Source: an uncultured Christensenella sp. (GTDB taxonomy: Bacteria > Bacillota > Clostridia > Christensenellales > UBA1242). Taken from it: a stretch of DNA of 64,000 nucleotides. Positions 47,886 through 58,292 of this stretch are shown here, piece after piece. The translations under genes were made by a program, and so were the position numbers. Positions within the stretch are counted from its first letter, which is position 1, and every line of letters starts with the position of its first letter. The stretch is taken from NCBI GenBank assembly GCA_949282135.1, contig CASDOR010000007.1:779-64778 (forward strand), given 5' to 3'. Under the pieces are notes generated by a model that was not told where the DNA came from, did no database searches, and saw only the letters and a program-made list of their open reading frames with translations.

Positions 47886-47930
47886 AAAAAAAGTGAACCT
47901 CATAAAGTTGTCTAACCTTTTGGGGTTCAC
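47886..47930 (-). terminator. Rho-independent terminator after the 903-aa gene
   Basis: Minus strand carries a 9-bp stem gtgaacccc / gaggttcac (one G-U pair) with a 20-nt loop, followed by ttttttt. Confidence 0.55.
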
Positions 47931-47959
47931 TTTAACATTAAATTGTCATTTTTGTAGTC

Positions 47960-50671
47960 TTATTTATCACTCTTTCCTTTTGCACTATCAAGTAGCTTTT
48001 GCATCTCTTGATTAAGCTCGTCTATCTCTGAAGTGTTTTTCTTAGTCCTACTTCTACTTTGAGGTTTTCTTCCTCTGTTTCTTCTAGAAGTCATCCTTTC
48101 CTTTCTAGGCTTTGCAAGACGTTCTATTTCTGCGTAGTCATCCTCATCCTTCTCTTCCTTGTCGCCTTTTTGAACCTTTTTACTTGTAGTCCCTTTTTCT
48201 TCCTCAGCAAGAGCCTCTTTTTCTTCTTCGTTTTTATTAGATTCTTCTTCCGCCTTACTTACTTTTTCCTCTTCAGCCTCATTTTCTTGTGATTTTTTAT
48301 CATCTTTTTGATCTTCTACCTGTGCTGTAATTTTTGATAAGGTGTCATTAATTCTATTTTCAAACTCTTGCTTTTCTTTCTGCAACCTACTATTCTCTTC
48401 TTCAATCTGCTTTTGAATAGCCTCAAGGTCCTCTTTACTTACTTGATTTGAATCCACATTATTTTCTTCCGAACTAGAACTTGTAGGCTGCACATTTGCA
48501 TTTTTATTATAGTCACTTGGATTTTGATACCCCACGTCCATCTGTCCGTCAGCATAGTTATTCATGTAACTATCATTTGGATATCCATTTTGTCCGTAGT
48601 TATTATATGCATTTTGGTCATAATATCCATTTTGATTGTAGTTATCATAGTATCCACCAGCCCCATTATTTGCATTGTAGTCACCATAGTAACCTTGGTT
48701 ATAGTTTTGCAAATTTGGGTCATAATAACCTTGATTGTAATTTTGAGCACTTGGATCATAGTAGCCTTGATTGTAATTTTGAGCGCTCGGATCATAATAG
48801 CCTTGATTATAATTTTGTGCATAAGCATTTGGATCATAATTATAATAATCTCCGACATTACCTAGCCCATTTTGATTTTGCGTATCTTGAGGAACCTCTT
48901 TAGTAGAATCTTCATTCTTTACGCTTTCTTCTTCCTGAGGTGAATTTTGGCTATCACTTTCTTGAGAAACTTCGTTCTCATTAGACTCTTCCTTTTCACT
49001 TTCCTCTTGAGACTCACCGCCTTCTAAAGACGACTCTTTTTCATCATTATTTGTTTCTAGCTCCTCTTTTCCATTTTCTTCTACTAAGCTATTTTCACTA
49101 TCACTACTACTTTCTACTTCTTGAGAGTTTATAACCTCTTCCTTACTTCCCCCAGCTTCATTATTCTTTTCTTCTAGTTTTTTATCTTCATCAATCTCAG
49201 TCTGCTTTGAAGTCTCACGTCCCCCCTCCAAATCTTCCATATCGGCACTTGTAAGTTCATATAAATTTTCTGCAGTTAAGTCGTCACCTCTAATGAGGTT
49301 TTTGTTTTCACTAACATCTTCCGCCTCGCCCTCTAAACCTTGAATATCGGTTATAAGTGCTTTTAAGTCACTGTTTTCTTGAGCTAGAGTTAGAAGTTTT
49401 TGGTTACCAACCTCAGTTGCCTTTTGTGTAAGAGCTTTATAAAGGGTGTTTGCATAATGTTTAAATTCAAGAAGCATTGCATGTTCAACAAATTCTCTCT
49501 TCTCTTCAATTTCCTTTTTCCTCTTATCAATCTCTTGTTGAAGAGAAATTTGCTCATCATTAAATTTTGCTGTTGCTTCTTCAATATCTTTTTCGAGTTG
49601 TTGCTGTTTCTTAATTTCATCCGCTTGTTGTTTACGAATGTAGTTACTTTCAATACGGTTTGTACTTGCCTCCATTTGAGTTTTTAGACTCTCAAGGTTT
49701 TCACGAGATGCTTGAAGCTTCCTCTGCATGTCTTTCACAGTCTCTTCATAGTTCTTTCTATAATTTTCCTGCTCTGACTCAATGCTCGTAATTTCGTCCT
49801 CAAGTCGCTTTCTAATTTTAATGAAAATCTCGCTTTCCTTCATTGACCTCTCAAGAATAAGTGATCCATCAATCCCAAGGTCACTAAAATCATACTCTTC
49901 GGTGGTGGCAGAGTTTTCTCTCGCCTTTTCAAGTTCCTGCTGTTCAACAAGTGCTCTTTTTTCAAGATATTGCTGAAGAATAGGAATGCCTTCCTTTATT
50001 TCCTGCTTTGTAAACAAAATCTCATAGTCAACATAACTTGGCAAGGTCGTTACAGCTTTAGTAAGGTTTCTTTCATAAAGTGGAAAGTTTTCATAAAGAC
50101 AAGCATATATATCATTTTTTGACGCACGAATAGCAAGAATTGAAATTGTATAAATTAAAACAATTAAAAATGGAACAAGGAGCGAGGTAAATAAAACGTC
50201 AGCAAGTTCGTAATTTTCAAGAACAATAGAATACTCAAGCCCAATCACAAAAGACAAAAATGCAATAAGAAGTGTAAACACAGAAAAGTTACTCATGTTC
50301 TTTTCTATACTACTAGTCCTAAGTGGCTTATCAATACAGGTGTTGACATTAATGTACTTTGTTGGAGCATCCTCACGGTTTAGCATATAGATTTGCCAGT
50401 TTGTTCTAAGAACCTTTGGCACTTTCTTCATTTTTAAGTTAAACTCTACCAAATTTTCATCAGTAATAAAAGGCTTTGATAAAAAGTATTTGTTTAGTTT
50501 ATTAACACTTTTCAAAATCCTATTTTCATACGAAAATTTTGTAAGGAGTGCCATAACAATTACCGCAAGAAGCATAAGCCCAATCATTACAACCGGCCAA
50601 AACCAAAGTTCCGCAAAAGCAATAGAAATCTGCGAAAAGAAACTCCTAATAGAATCCATAATCTCAACCAT
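47960..50671 (-). CDS. Large membrane protein with coiled-coil, acidic and Q/N/Y-rich low-complexity regions
   Basis: 903 aa. It has N-terminal TM helices, a long heptad-like E/K/Q segment, a block (NYNQGYYDP.AQ) x 4, and a basic C-terminus. Confidence 0.8.
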   Translation of the reverse strand: MVEIMDSIRSFFSQISIAFAELWFWPVVMIGLMLLAVIVMALLTKFSYENRILKSVNKLNKYFLSKPFITDENLVEFNLKMKKVPKVLRTNWQIYMLNREDAPTKYINVNTCIDKPLRTSSIEKNMSNFSVFTLLIAFLSFVIGLEYSIVLENYELADVLFTSLLVPFLIVLIYTISILAIRASKNDIYACLYENFPLYERNLTKAVTTLPSYVDYEILFTKQEIKEGIPILQQYLEKRALVEQQELEKARENSATTEEYDFSDLGIDGSLILERSMKESEIFIKIRKRLEDEITSIESEQENYRKNYEETVKDMQRKLQASRENLESLKTQMEASTNRIESNYIRKQQADEIKKQQQLEKDIEEATAKFNDEQISLQQEIDKRKKEIEEKREFVEHAMLLEFKHYANTLYKALTQKATEVGNQKLLTLAQENSDLKALITDIQGLEGEAEDVSENKNLIRGDDLTAENLYELTSADMEDLEGGRETSKQTEIDEDKKLEEKNNEAGGSKEEVINSQEVESSSDSENSLVEENGKEELETNNDEKESSLEGGESQEESEKEESNENEVSQESDSQNSPQEEESVKNEDSTKEVPQDTQNQNGLGNVGDYYNYDPNAYAQNYNQGYYDPSAQNYNQGYYDPSAQNYNQGYYDPNLQNYNQGYYGDYNANNGAGGYYDNYNQNGYYDQNAYNNYGQNGYPNDSYMNNYADGQMDVGYQNPSDYNKNANVQPTSSSSEENNVDSNQVSKEDLEAIQKQIEEENSRLQKEKQEFENRINDTLSKITAQVEDQKDDKKSQENEAEEEKVSKAEEESNKNEEEKEALAEEEKGTTSKKVQKGDKEEKDEDDYAEIERLAKPRKERMTSRRNRGRKPQSRSRTKKNTSEIDELNQEMQKLLDSAKGKSDK

Positions 50672-50787
50672 ATACCTGCATCTCCTTAAATTAAAAACTT
50701 AATTTCAAGAGTAGTATATACTTTTTTTTTGCGTTCTCCAAACAAAAACAATAAATTTTTTTGACTAACAATAAAATTTGCAAAAAA

Positions 50788-53700
50788 TTAAAAAACTTTT
50801 ATAAGTTTGTCGAAGTAAAAAGAATATATAAAAACCCCATCAAACCGCTTATTTAGTGCTTTTTCAAGACAAATCCTATATAATTTCAACTGAATAAAAT
50901 ATTTTTCGACCAACCGGTCGGTTGCCCCTGCTTTTGTCGTCTTATAATCAATTAAATAGCATTTTTTGTCCTCACTTTCAACCACCAGGTCAGCAATTCC
51001 CTGTACAATGACTTTTTCGTTTTCACTCCCACTATCACTAAAAATTTCTTTATATGGAATAAAACTTATAAAAGGGAGTTCTTTTTGTGTTTTCAAGTTT
51101 TGTCCGAGGTTCAAAATACAATCTACCGCCCTACTTATTTTATCAAAACTCACCTCATTTTTAAGCTCTTCGTTAACCTCTATTTCCCCTAAAATCTTAT
51201 CATAATTTTCTTTTGATAAAGGTTTTGAAAAATCAATTTTTTCCATAATACTATGGTAAAGAGTCCCTAGTTTCATGTAGTCAATGTCCTCATTTTTTGA
51301 CTCATAAATGCTAAGAGTTTTTGGTGTTTCAGTTTTATTTGAAATGTTGTCTTCCCTTTCAAAAAGCAAACTTGATACACTATTTTTAAGTGCAATTCTC
51401 TTTGATTTTACTATTTTTTTATTTAATATTTCCTTTAATTTTTTGCTGTCATTTTTTTTCTCATTACTAAAACCAATTTCTAAGTCTCTAGTATTATCTT
51501 CTTCAAAATTTGACTCACTATATAGACTAACATTGACAAAATTTTTGCCAAACTTTTGAACTACGTCTTTATGGTTTATAAATAGATTTTTATGATTTAC
51601 TGGACTTAAAATTGACAAAATCCAACCTAAATAATTATTCACCCCTTGTGCGTTTAGTAGCGACAAAAAGTCAAAATTAGTTTGTTTAAGAGTGCTACAT
51701 CCTATTACAAAAAGGTGATTTTTTGCTCTAGTTAAAGCAACATATAAAAGCCTTAATTCTTCTGCTTTTTCAATTCTTTTTTTGTGTAAAGTTATAGCAT
51801 TTCTAGCTAAATTGCTTGATCGACAAAAGTTTTCTAAGTCATAAGTATAAAGCCCAAGTCCCATATCTTTATCTTTAAGTACCATATCAATAAAAGTCTT
51901 GTTTGAAAAACCTTCCCCTGTGCCTACCAAAAACACAACAGGATATTCTAGCCCTTTACTTTGATGAATTGTAGTCAAAGTCACACTTCTTTCTCCACTT
52001 GTTCTAGTTGACTTAAACCTACTATCTTCTCCATAACTATCTAAATAGTCAATAAAATCAAATAGACTATAGTTATAATCACTATTTTTAAAAGTCGACA
52101 CAAAATCTTCTACATTTTTAACTCTATTTTGCCCATCTGGTAAAGAAAGTAAATAGGTAAAGTAATCATATTTATTGCATATGTCAAGTAAAAAGTCATA
52201 AAGAGAAAGATAAACTAAACTCTTTTTCATGTCACTAAAAGTCTTATTAAAATGACCAATTTTTATTGCTAAATCATCTTGCTTTTCATTTCCGTATCTT
52301 TTAAAGGCACTATAAAAATACTTTTCTTCAACATATTCCTTTCTAATTTTAGCAAGGTCATCAAAAGTAAAATTAAAAAATGGACTTCTAAGTACCGTAC
52401 TAAGCTCCACGTCATTATGGAAATTGTCTAAAAGTCTAAGTAAACTTATAAGAAGAGCTACGTCTATGTTCTTATAAATATTGCCAAGCATGTTTGACGA
52501 AATAGGAACTTTATATTCAGTAAGCACAAGAGCAATTTCCGCTAAGTATTCATTTTTTCTTGAAAGGATGGCAATATCACTAAAGTCTATTTTTTTAGTA
52601 GTTTTACTCTTTACGTCATAATAACTTTTACCTATCATATCAAGTATTTTTCGTGCAACAATCATTGCCTCACGTCTTGCATTTGTTAGCCTTTTTTTGT
52701 AATTGTTCTTATCTCTTAAAACACTGTAAACCTTGTCAAAACTCTCATCTCTTTCTTCTTTTTCTATGCTTGCAATGTCAATTTCAACAACCGGCACATC
52801 ACTACACTTTTCATATTTTGCACCACTCTTTAGCATCCCTTTAGAACTATAATCAACTCCCCCAAACTCTTCTGACATGCACCTTTTAAATATCTCATTT
52901 ACAAATTCAAGGACTATCTCATTACTCCTAAAATTTTCATTTAGATCAATCACGTCACCCTCATTTTTAACCTTTCTAAACTTCCTTGCCTTTTCAACAA
53001 ATATCTCAGGTGTGGAGTTTCTAAATCCATAAATACTTTGCTTTACATCCCCCACCATAAGCATTTTTGCGTTTTTTGAAAGCTTAAGTAAAATGCTTTC
53101 TTGAACTGAATTTATGTCTTGATACTCGTCAACAAATATATAGGAATATTTAAGACTATTTCTTACGTCAGCATTGCTAATTAACTTTAAAAAATACCTT
53201 TCAAGGTCACTAAAATCAAGTGCATTTCTTCTTTCTTTTATGTTTTTGTATTCTTCTTCAAAACTACTTTCAACTTCCGCAAACTTTACTAAAAAGTCAC
53301 GTGAAATTTTAAGATTTTCTTTTAGTTTTGTGTACTCCTCTTCGTCAATACAAAAACTTTTTAAGTCACTTACCCTATCTCGTAATATTTCCCAAAAACT
53401 TTTAAATTCTTCTTTAAACTCAGCATCTTTTTCTTGTAACTTTTTTCTCGTCATAATAGGTAAATTAAATTTTGATAAAACCTCGTGATTATACATAAAA
53501 TCTTTGTCTTCTTTAAAGCTTTCTAAACTTAACAAAATCCCGCCTATAAAACTTACAAAAAATTCCGCGCCATCCTTATTTGCAATATTTAAATAATTAT
53601 TAAGTTCGCGTTTTAAATACTTTATATTTGAAACTAAGTATTTATTTAAAAACAAAATCGCTTTGTTTTTGTCAAAGTTTTCAATATAGCAAGATAACAT

Positions 53701-54261
53701 TGTCTCTTGTCTAAATTTTTCTTTATCTTCAACACCACACAAAAATTCATATAAACTTAAAATGTTCTTTTTAAGACTATCAAAACCTCTCCCGCCATCA
53801 AAAATACTTGATAATCTTACAAACTCCTCATCTCCAGCTTTAGCATACTTCTTAATAACCTTATCAAGAGCAAGTGTTTTTAGAAAACTACTATTTGTAT
53901 CACTCAAAACTAAAAAATTAGGCTTTAAATCAAGATAAAAATAGTACTTTCTTATCATTTTTGAACAAAAACTATGCAGTGTTGAAATGTCAGATAAATT
54001 TATCTTTTCAAGTTGTTCTCTTAGCCTTTTATCTGTTTTAGCACCCTCTCTAAGCCTTTCTTTAAGCCTCATCTTCATTTCTGTGCTCGCACTTTCAGTA
54101 AAAGTAATAACAAGAAGAGAAAGTATATCTTCCTTTCCGCTTACGAGTTTAAAAATCTTTTCAATAATAGTCGCCGTTTTTCCACTTCCGGCAGAGGCAG
54201 ACACAAGAAGATTATTACTATTATTTTCTAAAACCTTTGTTTGCTCATTTGTAAAATTCAT
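50788..54261 (-). CDS. addA: ATP-dependent helicase/nuclease subunit A (AddA)
   Basis: 1157 aa. The UvrD-like Walker A is VSASAGSGKTAT. Also has VDEYQD and a C-terminal PD-(D/E)XK nuclease (GIADLV...IDYKT). A 4-nt overlap with addB is present. Confidence 0.93.
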   Translation of the reverse strand: MNFTNEQTKVLENNSNNLLVSASAGSGKTATIIEKIFKLVSGKEDILSLLVITFTESASTEMKMRLKERLREGAKTDKRLREQLEKINLSDISTLHSFCSKMIRKYYFYLDLKPNFLVLSDTNSSFLKTLALDKVIKKYAKAGDEEFVRLSSIFDGGRGFDSLKKNILSLYEFLCGVEDKEKFRQETMLSCYIENFDKNKAILFLNKYLVSNIKYLKRELNNYLNIANKDGAEFFVSFIGGILLSLESFKEDKDFMYNHEVLSKFNLPIMTRKKLQEKDAEFKEEFKSFWEILRDRVSDLKSFCIDEEEYTKLKENLKISRDFLVKFAEVESSFEEEYKNIKERRNALDFSDLERYFLKLISNADVRNSLKYSYIFVDEYQDINSVQESILLKLSKNAKMLMVGDVKQSIYGFRNSTPEIFVEKARKFRKVKNEGDVIDLNENFRSNEIVLEFVNEIFKRCMSEEFGGVDYSSKGMLKSGAKYEKCSDVPVVEIDIASIEKEERDESFDKVYSVLRDKNNYKKRLTNARREAMIVARKILDMIGKSYYDVKSKTTKKIDFSDIAILSRKNEYLAEIALVLTEYKVPISSNMLGNIYKNIDVALLISLLRLLDNFHNDVELSTVLRSPFFNFTFDDLAKIRKEYVEEKYFYSAFKRYGNEKQDDLAIKIGHFNKTFSDMKKSLVYLSLYDFLLDICNKYDYFTYLLSLPDGQNRVKNVEDFVSTFKNSDYNYSLFDFIDYLDSYGEDSRFKSTRTSGERSVTLTTIHQSKGLEYPVVFLVGTGEGFSNKTFIDMVLKDKDMGLGLYTYDLENFCRSSNLARNAITLHKKRIEKAEELRLLYVALTRAKNHLFVIGCSTLKQTNFDFLSLLNAQGVNNYLGWILSILSPVNHKNLFINHKDVVQKFGKNFVNVSLYSESNFEEDNTRDLEIGFSNEKKNDSKKLKEILNKKIVKSKRIALKNSVSSLLFEREDNISNKTETPKTLSIYESKNEDIDYMKLGTLYHSIMEKIDFSKPLSKENYDKILGEIEVNEELKNEVSFDKISRAVDCILNLGQNLKTQKELPFISFIPYKEIFSDSGSENEKVIVQGIADLVVESEDKKCYLIDYKTTKAGATDRLVEKYFIQLKLYRICLEKALNKRFDGVFIYSFYFDKLIKVF

Positions 54262-57200
54262 TTATCTTCCTCCTCACCCAGAAAAATTGACATGTCTATT
54301 TTTTTACGAGGCGACCTCATCTCGTTTCTAAAATTTTCGTCAAACCTACATAGTTTAAAAAACTTACAGCTCTCACAAAGGAGTGCATTAATATTTAATG
54401 GCTTTGGTGTCACGTTAAAACTTAAAATGTCTGTTATTGCTTCTTTTACTAAATTTACAGCATAACTTGACATTGCCTCAATTTCTTCTTTACTAAAAGT
54501 GTGCGAAAAACTATTATATTCCTTTATTCCTCCCTCATTTTTCTTGAGCTTTAAATCAATAATGTCACTTTTTGTAGCCTCGCACTCAAACCTTGTATCA
54601 CTTGCGTTTACTACCTCATCATCTCGTAAAGTCCTACCTTGAAGTGCATATTTATTTTGTTCTGTGTCCTTTGTTAAATCATAAAAATTACCTTTTATAG
54701 GAAGATAGTAACTCCCTGCCCCTCTAAGGTTAAGAGAAGATGAAACCACTTTAAGATATGTCTCAAGTTGGATTTTCTTACCAAAAAAGAGCTCTTTTAA
54801 ACTACTGTCAGTTTTACCAGTTTTATAGTCAATTACCCTAAAATAGTTTTTAAAAGTGTCAATTCTATCAATTTGACCAACAAGTGAAATTTTGCCTAAA
54901 CTAGAATCTAGCTTAAGTGAAGATAGCCCTCCCTCCTTGTCGTCAAACCTAGCCTCAAAGTATTTTGGCTTAAATAAAGAATACTTTGCTTGATTATTTA
55001 GTGCACGAACAAACCTAATTCCCTCTTCTTTTAGGTTTTTAAGTATTATCTTGTTTTGCAGGTTACACATTAAACTCTTAAAATTTTCTTCTTCTAAAAT
55101 CTTATCAAAAGTCTTTTGTGCGACGTCTACAACTTCATTATCACTTAAAGGTAAGGAATAATTTTTAAGTATAGTGTAAGCAAGTCTATGCATGATATTA
55201 CCAATACTCGCCCTGTCTACTTCCCCTTTATTTTTTTCTTGAAGTCTTAGACCGTATCTTGCAAAATGAAGAAATGGACATGTCATGTAGGTTTCAATTT
55301 CTGATATGCTAGTTTTGTTCTTCGTAAAAAACACATTTTCTTTTAGTTTAATTTCATTTGCAAAATTAAATCTAGAAATATAATCACTAGAAAGGCTATC
55401 TTTAACCGCAAAATAAAGAGTATCAAGCTCCTCATCTTGTTTCTTTTGTCCGTCATAAATTTCTCGTAAATTTTTGGTTAAATTTTGTTTTGCAAGACTT
55501 AAAGTATTGTTTTTAACAAGAAAAGGAGTCGCCTTCATAGTTCTAATTTTGGACTTAAAAAATTTTCCTTCATTTTCTACAACAAATAAATTTAGCACAT
55601 CATCATAAATTTTACTTCTTACGCTCTTCTCAAAATTATAACTTAGGTATAATTTTTCTGTCGGAATAAGTAGCAACTCAAAAGCCTTATACCTTTCTTT
55701 TTTGTTAATTTCAAAAATACTAGGTTCAAGTAGATATTTGTCGCTAAGAAGTTCTATATCATCATCGGTTATAAGTCCACAGTCACTTACCTTTTTAGGA
55801 AATTCTTCCTCGTTCATATCAATTACAAACATTACCTTTCTTTTTTCAAAAAAACTAACACTACTATCTCCAACAAAAATTGCATCTATTGAAAGTGGAG
55901 AAGTAGAAATCTTTTTTTCATTAAAAAGGGTTTGAAGAGTAGACATATAATCTTTAAGTTCACACTCATCATCTTTTAAAAGCGAGGAAATTAAATCCAA
56001 AATCTCGTCTAATTCATTCATATAGCCCTCGTAAAGCCTCATTTGTTCTAAGTTGTTAGAATTGATAAAATCTGCGGTAAGGGCATCTAGTTTTTTACTA
56101 ATTTCTAGCTTTTCAAGTAATACCCTTGTTGCACTAACAAAATCACCATACGTCTTTGCATTGTTTATATCTCTCACAAATTCTTCTGTCATAGAAAACA
56201 AATTGTTGCGAACAAGGTCAAAACTACTAAATAGTTCCGACTGCGTAATGTTTACATTTTTCAAATCATAAATGTCTAAAATATCAAACTTAGTTACATA
56301 ATCTTCAAACTCACAAAGCTCATCCTCATTTATAGTAATTAAAGGATGCTTTAAAAATTTAAGCACACTTTTTTTGCTGTAATTTTCTATGACAAGGTCA
56401 AATAAAGCATTTAAAAAACTTGGTAAAATTGTATCTTTAAATGCTATTGACACATCAAAAAAGTAATTAAAATCAAAATCTTTAAGTACATTTTCAAGAA
56501 CACTTTTTTTAGATGCAAGCTCAGGCAAAGCAATGTTAAAATCACTAAGTTTATAGTTTTTATGTAAAACCATATCTCTAATTTGCATGCAAACGTTTGT
56601 TATTTCTTCCTTTAAATTCTCCCCTTCAAAAAATTCAATATTACTTGTCCCCTCCTTCACCTTTTGTACGCCAGGCGAAAAAGTAAATAAATTATCTAAA
56701 ATAAACTTAAATTGCTCGTCTTTTTGAGACTCAGGGCAATTTATAACATTTGCATCTCCTAGCAGATTTGCTACTTTTTCTAAGTACTTTTTATTGTAAA
56801 TATGTTCATTAAGACCACTAGAAAAAGCTATTCCAATATTAAATTCTAAAGCATTTTTTGCTATGTTTGATATGATATCATAACCTTGAAAAGTAAATCC
56901 GTCAAAAAAGCAAACATAAAAATATGAATTTTGTATGTAACTAGAACTAGAAATAGCGGACTCTAAAAAATTCAACTTATCAAGCGAATCAATTAAGTTT
57001 CTATTTCTTAGTTCTTCCGTATACCCTTTATAAAGAAGTGAAATGTCGTTAAGTTTGTCCTCTAAAATTGGATTGTCAAGTTTAATCTTAACCGAGCCCG
57101 GCTCTATCTTACAGCTTTTAAATTGACTTATTGTGCCAAAAATACTTTCAGCCACCTCACTAGACTTTGCTTTATTGAAACATTTAAGTTCGTCTTTTTT

Positions 57201-57479
57201 GTCGTTTAAAACCTTTTGCAAAATCATACAACTTGCACTTTTAGTAATAACATTTTTGTTTTTTATGAGTTTCATAGCAATTCTAGATAAGGTCATAACT
57301 TCAATATTACATGTACTTTCAATGTGAAGATTTTCAAATACAGTCTTTTCACACAGTACCGACATCCTGTCCGGCACAATAAAAACATGCCTGCCACGTC
57401 TAAAATCATTACTCTTTAGCTTTTGGATTAAAAAATAGAGCACATCATAATTTGTCTTTGCTAGAATTATATTTTTCAT
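54258..57479 (-). CDS. addB: ATP-dependent helicase/nuclease subunit B (AddB)
   Basis: 1073 aa. The C-terminal nuclease carries an iron-sulfur staple pattern of cysteines (CPFLHFARYGL ... CESCKFFKLC). It lies immediately upstream of addA. Confidence 0.9.
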   Translation of the reverse strand: MKNIILAKTNYDVLYFLIQKLKSNDFRRGRHVFIVPDRMSVLCEKTVFENLHIESTCNIEVMTLSRIAMKLIKNKNVITKSASCMILQKVLNDKKDELKCFNKAKSSEVAESIFGTISQFKSCKIEPGSVKIKLDNPILEDKLNDISLLYKGYTEELRNRNLIDSLDKLNFLESAISSSSYIQNSYFYVCFFDGFTFQGYDIISNIAKNALEFNIGIAFSSGLNEHIYNKKYLEKVANLLGDANVINCPESQKDEQFKFILDNLFTFSPGVQKVKEGTSNIEFFEGENLKEEITNVCMQIRDMVLHKNYKLSDFNIALPELASKKSVLENVLKDFDFNYFFDVSIAFKDTILPSFLNALFDLVIENYSKKSVLKFLKHPLITINEDELCEFEDYVTKFDILDIYDLKNVNITQSELFSSFDLVRNNLFSMTEEFVRDINNAKTYGDFVSATRVLLEKLEISKKLDALTADFINSNNLEQMRLYEGYMNELDEILDLISSLLKDDECELKDYMSTLQTLFNEKKISTSPLSIDAIFVGDSSVSFFEKRKVMFVIDMNEEEFPKKVSDCGLITDDDIELLSDKYLLEPSIFEINKKERYKAFELLLIPTEKLYLSYNFEKSVRSKIYDDVLNLFVVENEGKFFKSKIRTMKATPFLVKNNTLSLAKQNLTKNLREIYDGQKKQDEELDTLYFAVKDSLSSDYISRFNFANEIKLKENVFFTKNKTSISEIETYMTCPFLHFARYGLRLQEKNKGEVDRASIGNIMHRLAYTILKNYSLPLSDNEVVDVAQKTFDKILEEENFKSLMCNLQNKIILKNLKEEGIRFVRALNNQAKYSLFKPKYFEARFDDKEGGLSSLKLDSSLGKISLVGQIDRIDTFKNYFRVIDYKTGKTDSSLKELFFGKKIQLETYLKVVSSSLNLRGAGSYYLPIKGNFYDLTKDTEQNKYALQGRTLRDDEVVNASDTRFECEATKSDIIDLKLKKNEGGIKEYNSFSHTFSKEEIEAMSSYAVNLVKEAITDILSFNVTPKPLNINALLCESCKFFKLCRFDENFRNEMRSPRKKIDMSIFLGEEEDK

Positions 57480-57517
57480 ATTTAAAGTGTATCAAATTTT
57501 AAATATTATTTCAAACA

Positions 57518-57632
57518 ATAAATATTTAATTTTGTAAACTATAAATATTTAATTTTGTAAACTATAAATATTTTATTTTATAAACCATAAATATTTTATT
57601 TTGTAGATAATAAGTATCTTATTTTGTAAACA
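57518..57632. repeat. Tandem array, 5 x 23 nt, directly upstream of addB
   Basis: ataaatatttaattttgtaaact occurs twice exactly, followed by three diverging units. Confidence 0.9.
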
Positions 57633-57729
57633 AAAATACTTGATCATGCCCATAATTAAAACAATTTAAGTATTTATATAAAGCTTTTTATATGTCGTTT
57701 AATTTATGTTTTTTTTACACTTTAATCTC

Positions 57730-58062
57730 TTATAACTTTGCTAAAGTCTCCTTTTCAGCAAGTTTCCCAATAAGTGCACAAATTTGTTTTTGTTGGAGTT
57801 CTATTTTTTCTAAGTACTTATAACTTGTTACCTTTTCCCTTTTAAGTCTAATTTGCGTGTCATGTAATTCTTTTAAGGTTTCAACAAAATTCTTTTTTGC
57901 CTCTTCACACTCTTCTTTAATTTCATTTTCAACCTCACTAATAGCCCACTTCTTTGCAATCTTAAGTAGTCCTAAAAAAAGCGAATTAATGTCCTCTTCT
58001 TTTATTCTTTTTTTAATACTCTCTTTTGCTCGTTTAAAACTTATCACCTTTTTCTTGTCCAT
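57730..58062 (-). CDS. Hypothetical coiled-coil protein
   Basis: 110 aa, K/E-rich, with no recognisable domain. Confidence 0.45.
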   Translation of the reverse strand: MDKKKVISFKRAKESIKKRIKEEDINSLFLGLLKIAKKWAISEVENEIKEECEEAKKNFVETLKELHDTQIRLKREKVTSYKYLEKIELQQKQICALIGKLAEKETLAKL

Positions 58063-58292
58063 GCTTTTTACCCTCCCACTTTTCCCTTTTAATTATTACC
58101 AAAACAAAAAAATTTTATTCAAATATTGCCCCTTTCACATTAGAACGATCTTATTTTCCCCTTTAAATCTAAAAGATTTTCTACAAAGTAAAATCAACTT
58201 ATGTTTTTCTTACTAGTTTAATTAGTGTAATTATATTGTACTACTTTTCATAATTTATTAAAAAAAATAATAAAATATATAAAGGAAAAAAT

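Noticed and set aside
48496-48903. Three overlapping ORFs (two plus, one minus out of frame) over the Q/N/Y repeat
   Set aside because: They exist only because the 36-nt DNA repeat lacks stops in several frames. The in-frame 903-aa minus-strand ORF explains the region.
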